NCBI GenBank assembly: GCA_050117475.1
Contig: JASFMR010000004.1
Location: forward strand, 274 to 64,273
Direction: 5' to 3'
DNA length: 64,000 bases
From: Balneolaceae bacterium
GTDB lineage: Bacteria > Bacteroidota > Rhodothermia > Balneolales > Balneolaceae
Every line of letters starts with the position of its first letter. Position 1 is the first letter of the stretch. The position numbers were made by a program, and so were the translations under genes. Of this stretch, positions 51,386-60,259 are shown in pieces. The notes under the pieces were generated by a model that saw only the letters and a list, made by a program, of their open reading frames with translations, had not been told where the DNA came from and did not search any database.

Positions 51386-52057
51386 TCAAAAAGTGCCAGA
51401 ATGCTCATTTTCGACCCATTTTACAGCATGCACCATCAACTCCGTAGCATTCTCAAGATTCAGTTTGGTTTTTATACGCGCCCGATACGACTCAACTGTT
51501 TTAACAGAGAGATGAAGCTTTTCGGCAATTTCTCTTGTGCTGTTACCCTTGCCGGTTAATTCAAAAACTTCGAGTTCACGGTCACTCAACAACTCAATGG
51601 GAGATTCCATAACATCTTTCTGTCCCCTGGCCATACCCATCAGCAGGCGTTCACTAACCTCTTCGCTAACATAAATTCCGCCATGCAATACCTTTTTGGC
51701 GGCCTTGAGAAGTACTTCGCCGGCTTCCAGTTTCATCACATACCCTTTAGCCCCAGCCCTGATGACACGTTCGGCATAAAGTGATTCGTCATGACGTGAG
51801 ACAACCAGGATTTTAATATCTTCTTTCTGAGCAACTAGGTGTTTAACCAACTCTAGTCCACTCATGCCGGGAAGGGATACATCAACCAATATCAAATCAG
51901 GTTTATATTCGTCAAGTTTTTGTATAAGCTCCTCAGCACGATCGAGCTGAGCTATCACATCAAATCCCGGTTCGGAATCCAACGTCATGGCCAATCCCTT
52001 TCTCATGATGGGATGATCATCCACAATTACTATTCTCTTTTTAAAATTATCTGCCAT
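51386..52057 (-). CDS. NarL/FixJ-family response regulator (REC + LuxR HTH)
   Basis: VIVDDHPIMR, LVDVSLP (phospho-Asp), GYVMK; LSDRELEV...SVKTVESYR. Confidence 0.95.
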   Translation of the reverse strand: MADNFKKRIVIVDDHPIMRKGLAMTLDSEPGFDVIAQLDRAEELIQKLDEYKPDLILVDVSLPGMSGLELVKHLVAQKEDIKILVVSRHDESLYAERVIRAGAKGYVMKLEAGEVLLKAAKKVLHGGIYVSEEVSERLLMGMARGQKDVMESPIELLSDRELEVFELTGKGNSTREIAEKLHLSVKTVESYRARIKTKLNLENATELMVHAVKWVENEHSGTF

Positions 52058-52068
52058 TGTAATGTCCT

Positions 52069-53463
52069 TTAAATGTTATCTGATGGTATCTCGCATATTA
52101 CATGTGTCTGGTTATCAATTTCCTCAATGGAAAATTGTCCAGACATCATATTTGAACGGTATCCCATGATACGGACTCCCATTCCTTTAGCCTGTTCATT
52201 ATCTTTTGAATTGGAAAATCCAATTCCGTCGTCGATGATTTCGAGTTTAATGATATCCTTAGCTGAACTAAGTATAATTTTAATGTTTTCAGCCTTTCCA
52301 TGTTTGACAGCATTACTTACAGCCTCTTGAGCTATTCGGTATAAGTTCAATACTGTCATAGAGTTATATATTTTAATATCCGAATTATTAGTAAAATTAC
52401 AATTTACTCTAAAAAACTTTCGGGCCTGTGCACTGAGACTTTTTAAAGCTACATTAAGCCCTTCCTCGACATCCACATGTATCAACCCATGGGCAAGGGC
52501 TTTGGCATATTCATCCGCTTCCTTAATCAGATCCGAGACTTCTTGCACCTCATCTGCTCCAGGGATCCCGTTGGATTTTAGTTTTCGAGCTAAATTCTGG
52601 CTTATAAGCCCGATGCCAGTGAGCATTTGTCCCAGTCCGTCGTGCAGATCCTGCCCTATACTTCTTCGCTCTTCTTCAGACACACGAAGTATTTCCTGCT
52701 CCAATCTTCGCCGGTCTGTGATATCATTGATAACACCTGTAAATATCCTGCTCGTATTCCATTTGACCTCGCTAACCGAGAGTTCCAATGGAAAAATAGT
52801 CCCATCTTTTCTAATGCCTGTCATTTCTCTCCGGAGGCCGATAATATGATTTTCCCCAGTCTCGATATATCGCCGAACATAATCATCATGATTCGACCGG
52901 TGCGGCTCCGGCATCAAGATATGCACACTTTTGCCGATGACCTCTTCTTCATCATATCCAAATATTTTTGAAGCGGCCTGGTTAAAACTTAGAATTTGCC
53001 CATTCTCATCAGCAGTTACTATACCGTCAACTGTTGTTTCTAATATTGCCTGTGCCCGAGCTTTATTTTCTTCCAGCTCCGATTCAATCTCCTTTAAATG
53101 TTGAATATCATAGGAAGAAGCAATGATCGCCATAATATCTCCATCAGCATTTTTAAGTGGCTTTGTATGAAGATCAATCCAGACTATGGATCCATCTTTG
53201 GTAATACTCTTCCATTGTGCATCGATATTTTTACCATTTTTTAACCGCTCAAGATCAAATTCCAATTTATCTTTTGCAAAAGAAGGATAAATCTTTGAAA
53301 TAGGTTGATTAATCATTTCTTCTTTTGAATATCCGAATACCTTTTTACTGGCATTATTCCAATAGATGACGGTTCCATCAGGATCAACAACGATCACACT
53401 CTGAGAAATTTTCTCAAGAATTTCATGCTCGTCTAAAACGTCTTTGCTTATCATATTTTTCAT
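52069..53463 (-). CDS. Cytoplasmic PAS-PAS histidine kinase with FixL-like heme-PAS and HisKA_3 domain
   Basis: Second PAS ILMPEPHRSNHDDY...HIIGLRREMTGIRKDG aligns with the FixL heme PAS (proximal His and distal Arg kept); QDLHDGLGQ; QEAVSNAVKH, DDGIGF; no TM helix. Confidence 0.88.
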   Translation of the reverse strand: MKNMISKDVLDEHEILEKISQSVIVVDPDGTVIYWNNASKKVFGYSKEEMINQPISKIYPSFAKDKLEFDLERLKNGKNIDAQWKSITKDGSIVWIDLHTKPLKNADGDIMAIIASSYDIQHLKEIESELEENKARAQAILETTVDGIVTADENGQILSFNQAASKIFGYDEEEVIGKSVHILMPEPHRSNHDDYVRRYIETGENHIIGLRREMTGIRKDGTIFPLELSVSEVKWNTSRIFTGVINDITDRRRLEQEILRVSEEERRSIGQDLHDGLGQMLTGIGLISQNLARKLKSNGIPGADEVQEVSDLIKEADEYAKALAHGLIHVDVEEGLNVALKSLSAQARKFFRVNCNFTNNSDIKIYNSMTVLNLYRIAQEAVSNAVKHGKAENIKIILSSAKDIIKLEIIDDGIGFSNSKDNEQAKGMGVRIMGYRSNMMSGQFSIEEIDNQTHVICEIPSDNI

Positions 53464-53580
53464 TCCATCCCATTAAAAGATAGTACACTGAAACAGCTAA
53501 AAAGTCACCTTCTCCTGTCTCTTTCAATAATACTGAAAACATCTAATGTAACTTCTTAAGAAAGACCCTTACATTGCTGT

Positions 53581-53594
53581 AGTGGAATCCCCTA
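53581..53594. promoter_or_regulatory. Candidate box AGTGGAATCCCCTA upstream of the kinase
   Basis: Reverse complement TAGGGGATTCCACT has a perfect TAGGG half; possible autoregulation. Confidence 0.45.
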
Positions 53595-53616
53595 TATGGG
53601 TTATTTTACAGTGCCA

Positions 53617-53655
53617 GATAGAAAAAGATTGGGGATGAGCTGCCCACTCATCCCC
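53617..53655 (-). terminator. Probable intrinsic terminator (minus strand)
   Basis: GGGGATGAG-CTGCCCA-CTCATCCCC 9-bp stem followed on the minus strand by AATCTTTTTCT. Confidence 0.7.
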
Positions 53656-53892
53656 TGGCGCATTACTTCAAAGCATCTCCCCTTAAAATAACTCTGAAGT
53701 AACTCATTAAGCCTAACTTCTCTCTCTTAAGTCAAAAACCAATTCATACTAAGTTAATTTATTTATTATCCTCTTTGGTTATAAAACATGTTTAAATAAA
53801 ATGAATGATATCAAAATTTTTCACCCACCTAATTTGTGGTAATTTAGACTTAATCAATGTGGGGAAATCTATTATATACTCCAATTTGAACA

Positions 53893-53914
53893 GGGATGAG
53901 TTTTCACCCATCCC
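53893..53914. repeat. Second hairpin related to the 53631 stem
   Basis: GGGATGAGT-TTTC-ACCCATCCC; shares GGGATGAG...CATCCCC with the hairpin about 260 bp away. Confidence 0.5.
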
Positions 53915-53998
53915 CGTATTCACTCCAAAGTGTCTCCCCTAACCAACTTTGAAGCAAATATTTTGTTACTCTTTTCATGTAATCTCGCCAATCGGCTT

Positions 53999-54874
53999 TC
54001 AATTCAAGCGAAGTTGCCATCCAATGCCAAACACAAAATCTGCCGAAGACTCAGAGAGTCCAAACGAAGCATTTCCTGAAATTGAATTGCTTGCATTAAT
54101 AGCATAATTAACACCGCCCCCCACATTAAGGGGAGGATCGGTATCCGTGATAATCCTTGTCATACCATTAAGTGAACCCAGTAACATCCATTTACCGGAG
54201 CTGAAAGATTTACCGATGCCCGCTCCATAACTTAATGCATCACTCAGAGCTAGGTCCGGCATATCTCCAAACCACCAATACATGAGATTTAGCATGAGAA
54301 ACCAGCTTTTCAGACGCTGGGTGAATGCTGTTCCCAGCCCTCCATCCCAGGCGCCGGTGCCGTATCCGCGATCAGGATCGGCAAGTGGAATCTTGATATT
54401 ACCCATAAGGCGGAGATTGGTAGCACTGTTTATTTTCGTCCTGTTAATTATTGAAATTCCGGCCGAAACCGTTGGATCACTAAAGCTGGAACGGCTGAAG
54501 GAAGCCGTATCAGGAATATCAATCTGGCGACGCCCTCTTCTTCCGCTACCCATCCCCGTAGTAGCCCCTTGTTTTCCAACGGACCCATGCTGAGGCCCGC
54601 CGGTTGGCAGATAACCTGATTGTGAATAAGATATCCATGGGCTATTTTGAATGACAAATGGCACTGTTATTCCCAAGCTGTATTGCTTGTTCTGCAAAGT
54701 TATTCCATTTATAAGATAAAAGCTGTATGTGGGCTCTGTGAAGTAATAAGAACCACCCGCATATTGCATATTTCCGGAATAAGTAAGCTCCTGTGCATAT
54801 AGCGGATACATGTACAAACTCCCAGTTACGAAAGACAGTAAAAGTGATCGGATATAAAAACCGGGGTGCGACAT
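53999..54874 (-). CDS. Putative outer-membrane beta-barrel (MetA-pathway/COG4313-like 'transporter')
   Basis: Signal peptide (…MYPLYA/QE), amphipathic strands, GNIKIPLAD...GYGTGAWDGG, C-terminal FVFGIGWQLRLN. Confidence 0.65.
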   Translation of the reverse strand: MSHPGFYIRSLLLSFVTGSLYMYPLYAQELTYSGNMQYAGGSYYFTEPTYSFYLINGITLQNKQYSLGITVPFVIQNSPWISYSQSGYLPTGGPQHGSVGKQGATTGMGSGRRGRRQIDIPDTASFSRSSFSDPTVSAGISIINRTKINSATNLRLMGNIKIPLADPDRGYGTGAWDGGLGTAFTQRLKSWFLMLNLMYWWFGDMPDLALSDALSYGAGIGKSFSSGKWMLLGSLNGMTRIITDTDPPLNVGGGVNYAINASNSISGNASFGLSESSADFVFGIGWQLRLN

Positions 54875-54895
54875 TTTATTATTTGATGCTAAATT

Positions 54896-55369
54896 TTACT
54901 GTTCTGACTGAGCCGGCTGATGTTCGCGAAGTCGTTTATTGATTCGTTCCATCGCTTGTACAGCCTCGTCCATCTGGTTGGTCATAGCGCTCAGATGTTC
55001 ACGTAATCGGTCCATATCTCTTTTCATATCCCGGTCTTGCATCATCTGTTGATCCTGTAGCATCTGGTTACAACGTTCTGCAGAGTTTTTCATATTCTGA
55101 AGCATTAAACCCATATTCTCGCCCATCTGATGCATTTGCTGGTATTGATTTCGCATCTGCTCATCCTGAGTTCGTTGCATCATCTGGTTCATTTCCTGGT
55201 TCATTGCCTGTGTACGCTGCATCAAGTTGGTCATATGTTGCATCATATCCTGCATTTGCTTCATCTGTTGCTGCATTTGCTGTTGCTGCTGCCCTTGTTG
55301 GGAAAAAGCCGTTCCGGCAGCTACAAAGAATGCGACAAATAAGGTCACAAGTGTTTTTATTTTCTTCAT
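54896..55369 (-). CDS. Secreted Met/Gln-rich helical protein
   Basis: Signal MKKIKTLVTLFVAFFVAAGTAFS from ATG 55369; by hand count the 134-aa mature chain has 25 Met and 35 Gln. Confidence 0.8.
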   Translation of the reverse strand: MKKIKTLVTLFVAFFVAAGTAFSQQGQQQQQMQQQMKQMQDMMQHMTNLMQRTQAMNQEMNQMMQRTQDEQMRNQYQQMHQMGENMGLMLQNMKNSAERCNQMLQDQQMMQDRDMKRDMDRLREHLSAMTNQMDEAVQAMERINKRLREHQPAQSEQ

Positions 55370-55481
55370 GTTATTCTCCAATATTTTTCCATTGACAGCT
55401 AAACGAATGTTACATAATGCATACAACGTAATTGAAGCTATTTTTACTACGGTTTTTGTAATTCATTGGGAAATAAGGATG

Positions 55482-55525
55482 TAGGGATATACATGACATA
55501 TCTAACAATGGCATAGATTTCCTTA
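55482..55525. promoter_or_regulatory. Pair of oppositely oriented candidate boxes TAGGGATATACATG (55482-55495) and CATAGATTTCCTTA (55512-55525)
   Basis: Each has one good half-site; they resemble each other as inverted copies (TARGGAWATMYATG); divergent promoter. Confidence 0.4.
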
Positions 55526-55601
55526 CGCGAAATAGTTGATAACGCTTACATCATTATTTCGGCGGATTAATGAGTTTAAAAAGTAAATCAATTGTTTTGC
55601 T

Positions 55602-56258
55602 ATGTATGAGATCATTCACCAACTACCATTCAACGGCTTTCAGGTAAGATCAATATTATCGCTTCCTACCGATGCAAAGAGTTTGATTATTTTCTCGCAT
55701 ACGGGGAGCGGGGGAGAAGTAACTCCTCTCGAAAAAGAGATGGCCAAACATCTTCAGAAAGAAGGGTTTGCTACATTGATGTATGATTTTCTGCATCAGT
55801 ATGAGAAAGGATACAAAATTGATATTGATGTCCTGAGTCGTGGATTAGTGACTTCTACACTTTGGTTGCATGATCATTCCGAATATAACCTGTTCAAAAT
55901 AGGGTATTTCGGGGTGGGAACGGGGGCTGCTTCTGCTCTAAAGACCGCTGCACAACTGGAATCTATCATCAGCGGAGTGGTTTCACTCAGTGGAAGAACT
56001 GACCTCGTACATCATGAACTATCGCTGGTAAAATGTCCAGTGTTGCTAATAGCTGGTGAACTTGACTTTCAAGGAGTCAAAATGAACCAAAAAGCTTTGA
56101 AAAAATTGGGAGGGCCAAAGCAATTAGCTGTTATTTCAGGGGCCTCTCACTTATTCGAGGAAAGCAAAAAGCTAGAGGAAGCAAAACATATTACAGGTAG
56201 TTGGTTTCATAAATTTCTTCCTACAACACCCAAAGGTAAATGGTTACAGCATAAATGA
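55602..56258 (+). CDS. Dienelactone-hydrolase-like alpha/beta hydrolase with degenerate nucleophile elbow
   Basis: GYFGVGTGAASAL (family usually GYFGASTGAAAAL), VSLSGRTDL, LLIAGELD, GASHLFEE. Confidence 0.8.
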   Translation: MYEIIHQLPFNGFQVRSILSLPTDAKSLIIFSHTGSGGEVTPLEKEMAKHLQKEGFATLMYDFLHQYEKGYKIDIDVLSRGLVTSTLWLHDHSEYNLFKIGYFGVGTGAASALKTAAQLESIISGVVSLSGRTDLVHHELSLVKCPVLLIAGELDFQGVKMNQKALKKLGGPKQLAVISGASHLFEESKKLEEAKHITGSWFHKFLPTTPKGKWLQHK

Positions 56259-56261
56259 GGA

Positions 56262-56762
56262 TTGAGAATGACTAAAAAGAAGAAAGGACATACTTTTAAA
56301 CAGGAACGGCTACGTATATTTAAAGAGAAGCGCATCGATACCTATTTGGAGCGGCAAAAGTATCCCGATCCTACCATTTGTATCAAATGCGGCGCTCTTT
56401 ATAAAGAAGGCCGATGGACTTGGGATGATTTGCCGGAAATAGCCCATGAAGCTGTTTGCCCGGCTTGTCAACGCATAGCAGACGATTATCCCGGTGGTAT
56501 CATAGAATTAAAAGGTGAATTTCTGGATGAACATAAAGATGAGATTCTAAATCTCGTCCGAAATATTAGCAGCCTTGAACAGTCTCGACATCCCTTGGAA
56601 AGGCTTATGGAAATTACCGACACATCCGAATCCATCATCATAAAAACAACGGGTATGCATGCAGCGCGGCGCATAGGGGGAGCCATCCACGATGCCTACC
56701 AGGGCGACATTGATTATAATTATGATGCTGAGAATTATGTTCGTATTACTTGGCACCGATAA
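56262..56762 (+). CDS. BCAM0308-like protein (CxxC...CxxC)
   Basis: PTICIKCGA...GRWTW...CPACQRI.D.YPGG..EL.G.FL..H..EI...HPLER.M...ARRIG.AI..AY.G; pattern recalled for the lxa-locus BCAM0308 family. Confidence 0.75.
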   Translation: MRMTKKKKGHTFKQERLRIFKEKRIDTYLERQKYPDPTICIKCGALYKEGRWTWDDLPEIAHEAVCPACQRIADDYPGGIIELKGEFLDEHKDEILNLVRNISSLEQSRHPLERLMEITDTSESIIIKTTGMHAARRIGGAIHDAYQGDIDYNYDAENYVRITWHR

Positions 56763-56765
56763 TGT

Positions 56766-57521
56766 TTAAGCTGTGAGCTTATCAAGCATATTGTCAACCC
56801 AGATGGGATCTACCTTTCTAAGGCGTTGCTTTTTGAGATTCTCCCTCATGATGCGATTTACGACAGGATGTTTTTCTTTTATCCACCGCTCGATTTTGCC
56901 CTTCCCTTTTTCAGGCATTTCAGCCGCTGCAACACTCCAGCAATAGCTTAATCCCTTGCGGAGCACTTCGTAAGCATCGTCCTTTTTATCATCAAAAGCA
57001 ATCATTGAAGCAGTCGCCCAGTCAAGGAATTCAAAGACATGGTCTTTAACCTCAACATCCCGAAGAATATCCGGCTCGCAAAATCCGGCTATGACCGCAC
57101 GCTGCTCCAGTAACGATCCCTCAATCCATGACCGTGCATACTTAAGCAGTCGCTTGCTATTTTTTCGGCCAATCGTTTGCAAAGCCATCGCCACGGCCTC
57201 TCGTACCCGCCATCTGGGGTCATTAGCTCGCTTTCTAAGTTGTCTTAAAAGCCCGCCATCGTGATAATGAGCAAGATATTCCCCAAATCCCAATACGCCA
57301 CAAAAAACCAAGAACACCTCGGGAGTATTTTCAGGGGCTTCTTCGGGATCCAACCGAACATATTTTTTGAAATCCATTAATGTAGCCGTTTCAGCAAAAG
57401 CACGAGCCAATTCTAAATTCCCGCGCTGGCCCGGCAGTCCGGAATACTTCATTAGAAACTCTTCCCAGTTTTTGGGTGATAAATGAAGCAGCTCTTTTTT
57501 ATAACTCCCTATTTTATTCAA
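56766..57521 (-). CDS. HEAT-repeat protein
   Basis: SGLPGQRGNLELA, ANDPRWRVREAVAMALQ; helical repeat character. Confidence 0.65.
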   Translation of the reverse strand: MNKIGSYKKELLHLSPKNWEEFLMKYSGLPGQRGNLELARAFAETATLMDFKKYVRLDPEEAPENTPEVFLVFCGVLGFGEYLAHYHDGGLLRQLRKRANDPRWRVREAVAMALQTIGRKNSKRLLKYARSWIEGSLLEQRAVIAGFCEPDILRDVEVKDHVFEFLDWATASMIAFDDKKDDAYEVLRKGLSYCWSVAAAEMPEKGKGKIERWIKEKHPVVNRIMRENLKKQRLRKVDPIWVDNMLDKLTA

Positions 57522-57583
57522 AATACTCCCCCATCTTTATGATTATTACCAACAGGATAGTATTTATTCTGCTAAAATATTAT

Positions 57584-57597
57584 CAGGGAAAACCCTA
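57584..57597. promoter_or_regulatory. Response-regulator box CAGGGAAAACCCTA(CA)
   Basis: One mismatch from TAGGG-N4-CCCTA; about 65 bp upstream of the HEAT gene; rightmost box found. Confidence 0.6.
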
Positions 57598-57714
57598 CAA
57601 TCACCAATTTTAAAACATTTTGGTTATTTTGAGATGAACTTGGGGGAAATGCAATCTTATGCTTAACTTCTCATTTAACGAGAGTAAAATTCCTATTAAC
57701 ATACCGATTTCAGA

Positions 57715-58614
57715 TTGAATTTAGCTGATTTTTCACAGGCAGTAGCTGTAGACCAAGTTGGCGTGGAAGAGCGGGTGGCTCGGCTCAATAAGCGCAGTAT
57801 CAAGAAAGAGTCAAAGATCCAGGGACTGACGATGGCCTTGAGCATGGTAGATTTAACAACCCTTGAAGGCATGGATACCCCGGGTAAAGTCATCCAGCTT
57901 TGTCAAAAGGCCAAAGAGCCCTACATCGGTCTCCCCGATTTGCCATCGGTTGCCGCTGTATGTGTCTACCCACGTATGGTATGCGCTGCACACAAGGCTT
58001 TGCGCGGTACGGGGATTAATGTTGCCAGCGTAGCTACGGCTTTCCCAAGTGGAATGACCTCCCTAGAAAATAAACTGGAAGAAACTCATCAAGTCGTCGA
58101 AGACGGCGCTGATGAAGTTGATATGGTAATTTCGCGTGGAGAATTTCTAAAAGGTAACTATTCTTATGTATACGATGAAATTTCTGCTGTTAAAGAAGCC
58201 TGTGGTGATGCTCATTTAAAAGTAATTTTGGAGACCGGAGAACTTCAAACCTACGAGAATGTCCGCAAGGCAAGTGACTTGGCTATGCATGCCGGAGCAG
58301 ATTTTATTAAAACATCCACGGGTAAAGTGAACCCTGCCGCAACACAACCGGTAACACTGGTAATGCTGGAGGCTATTCGTGATTTTTATTATAACACGGG
58401 TCGGAAAGTCGGTATGAAACCCGCAGGAGGTATTCGCAAGGCCAAACAAGCCCTACAGTACCTGGTCCTCGTTAAGGAAACATTGGGAACGGATTGGCTA
58501 ACTCCCCAATATTTTCGGTTTGGGGCCAGTTCCCTGGCCAATGATTTGCTAATGCAAATTGTCAAACAAAAAACCGGCGTCTATCAAAGTGCCGACTATT
58601 TTTCTAATGATTGA
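57715..58614 (+). CDS. deoC: Deoxyribose-phosphate aldolase
   Basis: DLTTLEG.DT, VCVYP, VASVATAFP, DEVDMVI, LKVILETGEL, FIKTSTGK, KPAGG, RFGASSL; TTG start. Confidence 0.95.
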   Translation: MNLADFSQAVAVDQVGVEERVARLNKRSIKKESKIQGLTMALSMVDLTTLEGMDTPGKVIQLCQKAKEPYIGLPDLPSVAAVCVYPRMVCAAHKALRGTGINVASVATAFPSGMTSLENKLEETHQVVEDGADEVDMVISRGEFLKGNYSYVYDEISAVKEACGDAHLKVILETGELQTYENVRKASDLAMHAGADFIKTSTGKVNPAATQPVTLVMLEAIRDFYYNTGRKVGMKPAGGIRKAKQALQYLVLVKETLGTDWLTPQYFRFGASSLANDLLMQIVKQKTGVYQSADYFSND

Positions 58615-58682
58615 CATATAACAATCTTCAAATTCTCACCGTCACAATAGTGAAATCCAAGTTGTAAAAAACCCACTCTAAT

Positions 58683-60203
58683 ATGGCTGACGATCAAAAA
58701 ACTGCTGAACCCATCGAGGAGAAACCTTACAAACCCTCCTCTCCCACATCCAAACTTAATTTTGACGGTTTTTGGGATTATGATGAAGCCCCGGAAAGCA
58801 CCGATCACGCAGAGATCAGGGAACAGTATGAGCTCTTTATCGATGGAAAGTTCGTAACCCCTGAAAAAGGGCGATATTTCGTTTCTGTGAACCCGGCTAC
58901 AGAAGAAAATATAACAACTTTCGCCGAAGCTACCCAGCAGGATATCGATAAAGCAGTTAAGGCAGCCAGAAAAGCTTTTGAAGGCCCCTGGTCAACAATG
59001 GCAGCCAAAGAACGGGGCAAATATATTTACCGCCTGGCACGTTTAATTCAGGAACGAGCACGTGAGTTTGCAGTACTGGAATCAATGGACGGCGGTAAAC
59101 CGATCCGGGAGTCACGCGATGTAGACATCCCTCTGGCGGCAGCCCATTTCTTTTATTATGCCGGATGGGCAGACAAACTAGACTATGCCTTTCCGGGCAG
59201 AAAAGCGGAGCCGCTTGGAGTGGCAGGACAAATCATCCCCTGGAACTTTCCACTGCTCATGTTAGCCTGGAAAATTGCTCCGGCCCTGGCAACGGGTAAT
59301 ACCGTAGTGCTAAAACCTGCTGAGACTACGTCATTGACCGCACTGAAATTTGCAGAACTTTGTCGGGATGCCGGGTTACCTGACGGTGTTGTAAATATTG
59401 TCACAGGTGCCGGCCAGACAGGATCACTTATTGTCAACCATGATGATATAGACAAGATCGCTTTTACCGGGTCAACAGAAGTCGGCAAGATTATCAAAAA
59501 ATCACTGGCGGGTACCGAAAAGAAATACACGCTTGAACTGGGTGGTAAGGGTCCCAATATTATCTTTGAAGATGCCCCTATCAACCAAGCCGTTGAGGGC
59601 ATCATCAATGCCATTTTCTTTAACCAGGGGCATGTTTGCTGTGCAGGATCCCGCCTTTTCGTACAGGAAGGAATTGCTGACAATGTGGTTCAAAAACTGC
59701 GCGATCGGATGGAGACACTTATCGTCGGAAACCCTTTGGACAAAAATACCGATATAGGGGCCATAAACTCCGAACAACAATTTGAAAAGATCAATAAATA
59801 TTTGGAAATAGGGGTTAATGAAGGAGCAGAGATGTATCAGAGCTCCTGCGATATCCCTGAAAAAGGGTACTTTTGCCGCCCTACCCTATTCACTAATGTC
59901 GGGCAATCAAACCGGATTGTGCAAGAAGAAATTTTTGGTCCCGTCTTGACGATTCAAACCTTTCGCACTGCAGAGGAAGGTATCAAAAAAGCTAATAACA
60001 CGCCTTATGGACTAGCCGGCGGTGTTTGGACTGACAAAGGATCCAAGATTTTCAAAGTTGGCGGTAGAATTCGCAATGGGGTCGTTTGGGCCAACACCTA
60101 TAACCAGTTTGATCCCACCTCTCCGTTCGGCGGATATAAAGAGAGCGGCGAAGGCCGGGAAGGCGGCTTACAAGGCTTGTATCCCTATGTCAAATTGCAA
60201 TAA
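58683..60203 (+). CDS. Aldehyde dehydrogenase (catalytic subunit)
   Basis: PWNFP, KPAE, FTGS, LELGGK, FFNQGHVCCAG (catalytic Cys), EEIFGPV, PFGGYKESG. Confidence 0.95.
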   Translation: MADDQKTAEPIEEKPYKPSSPTSKLNFDGFWDYDEAPESTDHAEIREQYELFIDGKFVTPEKGRYFVSVNPATEENITTFAEATQQDIDKAVKAARKAFEGPWSTMAAKERGKYIYRLARLIQERAREFAVLESMDGGKPIRESRDVDIPLAAAHFFYYAGWADKLDYAFPGRKAEPLGVAGQIIPWNFPLLMLAWKIAPALATGNTVVLKPAETTSLTALKFAELCRDAGLPDGVVNIVTGAGQTGSLIVNHDDIDKIAFTGSTEVGKIIKKSLAGTEKKYTLELGGKGPNIIFEDAPINQAVEGIINAIFFNQGHVCCAGSRLFVQEGIADNVVQKLRDRMETLIVGNPLDKNTDIGAINSEQQFEKINKYLEIGVNEGAEMYQSSCDIPEKGYFCRPTLFTNVGQSNRIVQEEIFGPVLTIQTFRTAEEGIKKANNTPYGLAGGVWTDKGSKIFKVGGRIRNGVVWANTYNQFDPTSPFGGYKESGEGREGGLQGLYPYVKLQ

Positions 60204-60259
60204 TTAATCCGAATTCGGTACATTCGAATCCATGGTAACCGGTTCAAAAATTTATTCCC

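Noticed and set aside
54896-55300. CAG/ATG-rich repetitive DNA as a tandem repeat or CRISPR
   Set aside because: It is the coding sequence of the Met/Gln-rich protein; no fixed repeat-spacer periodicity.
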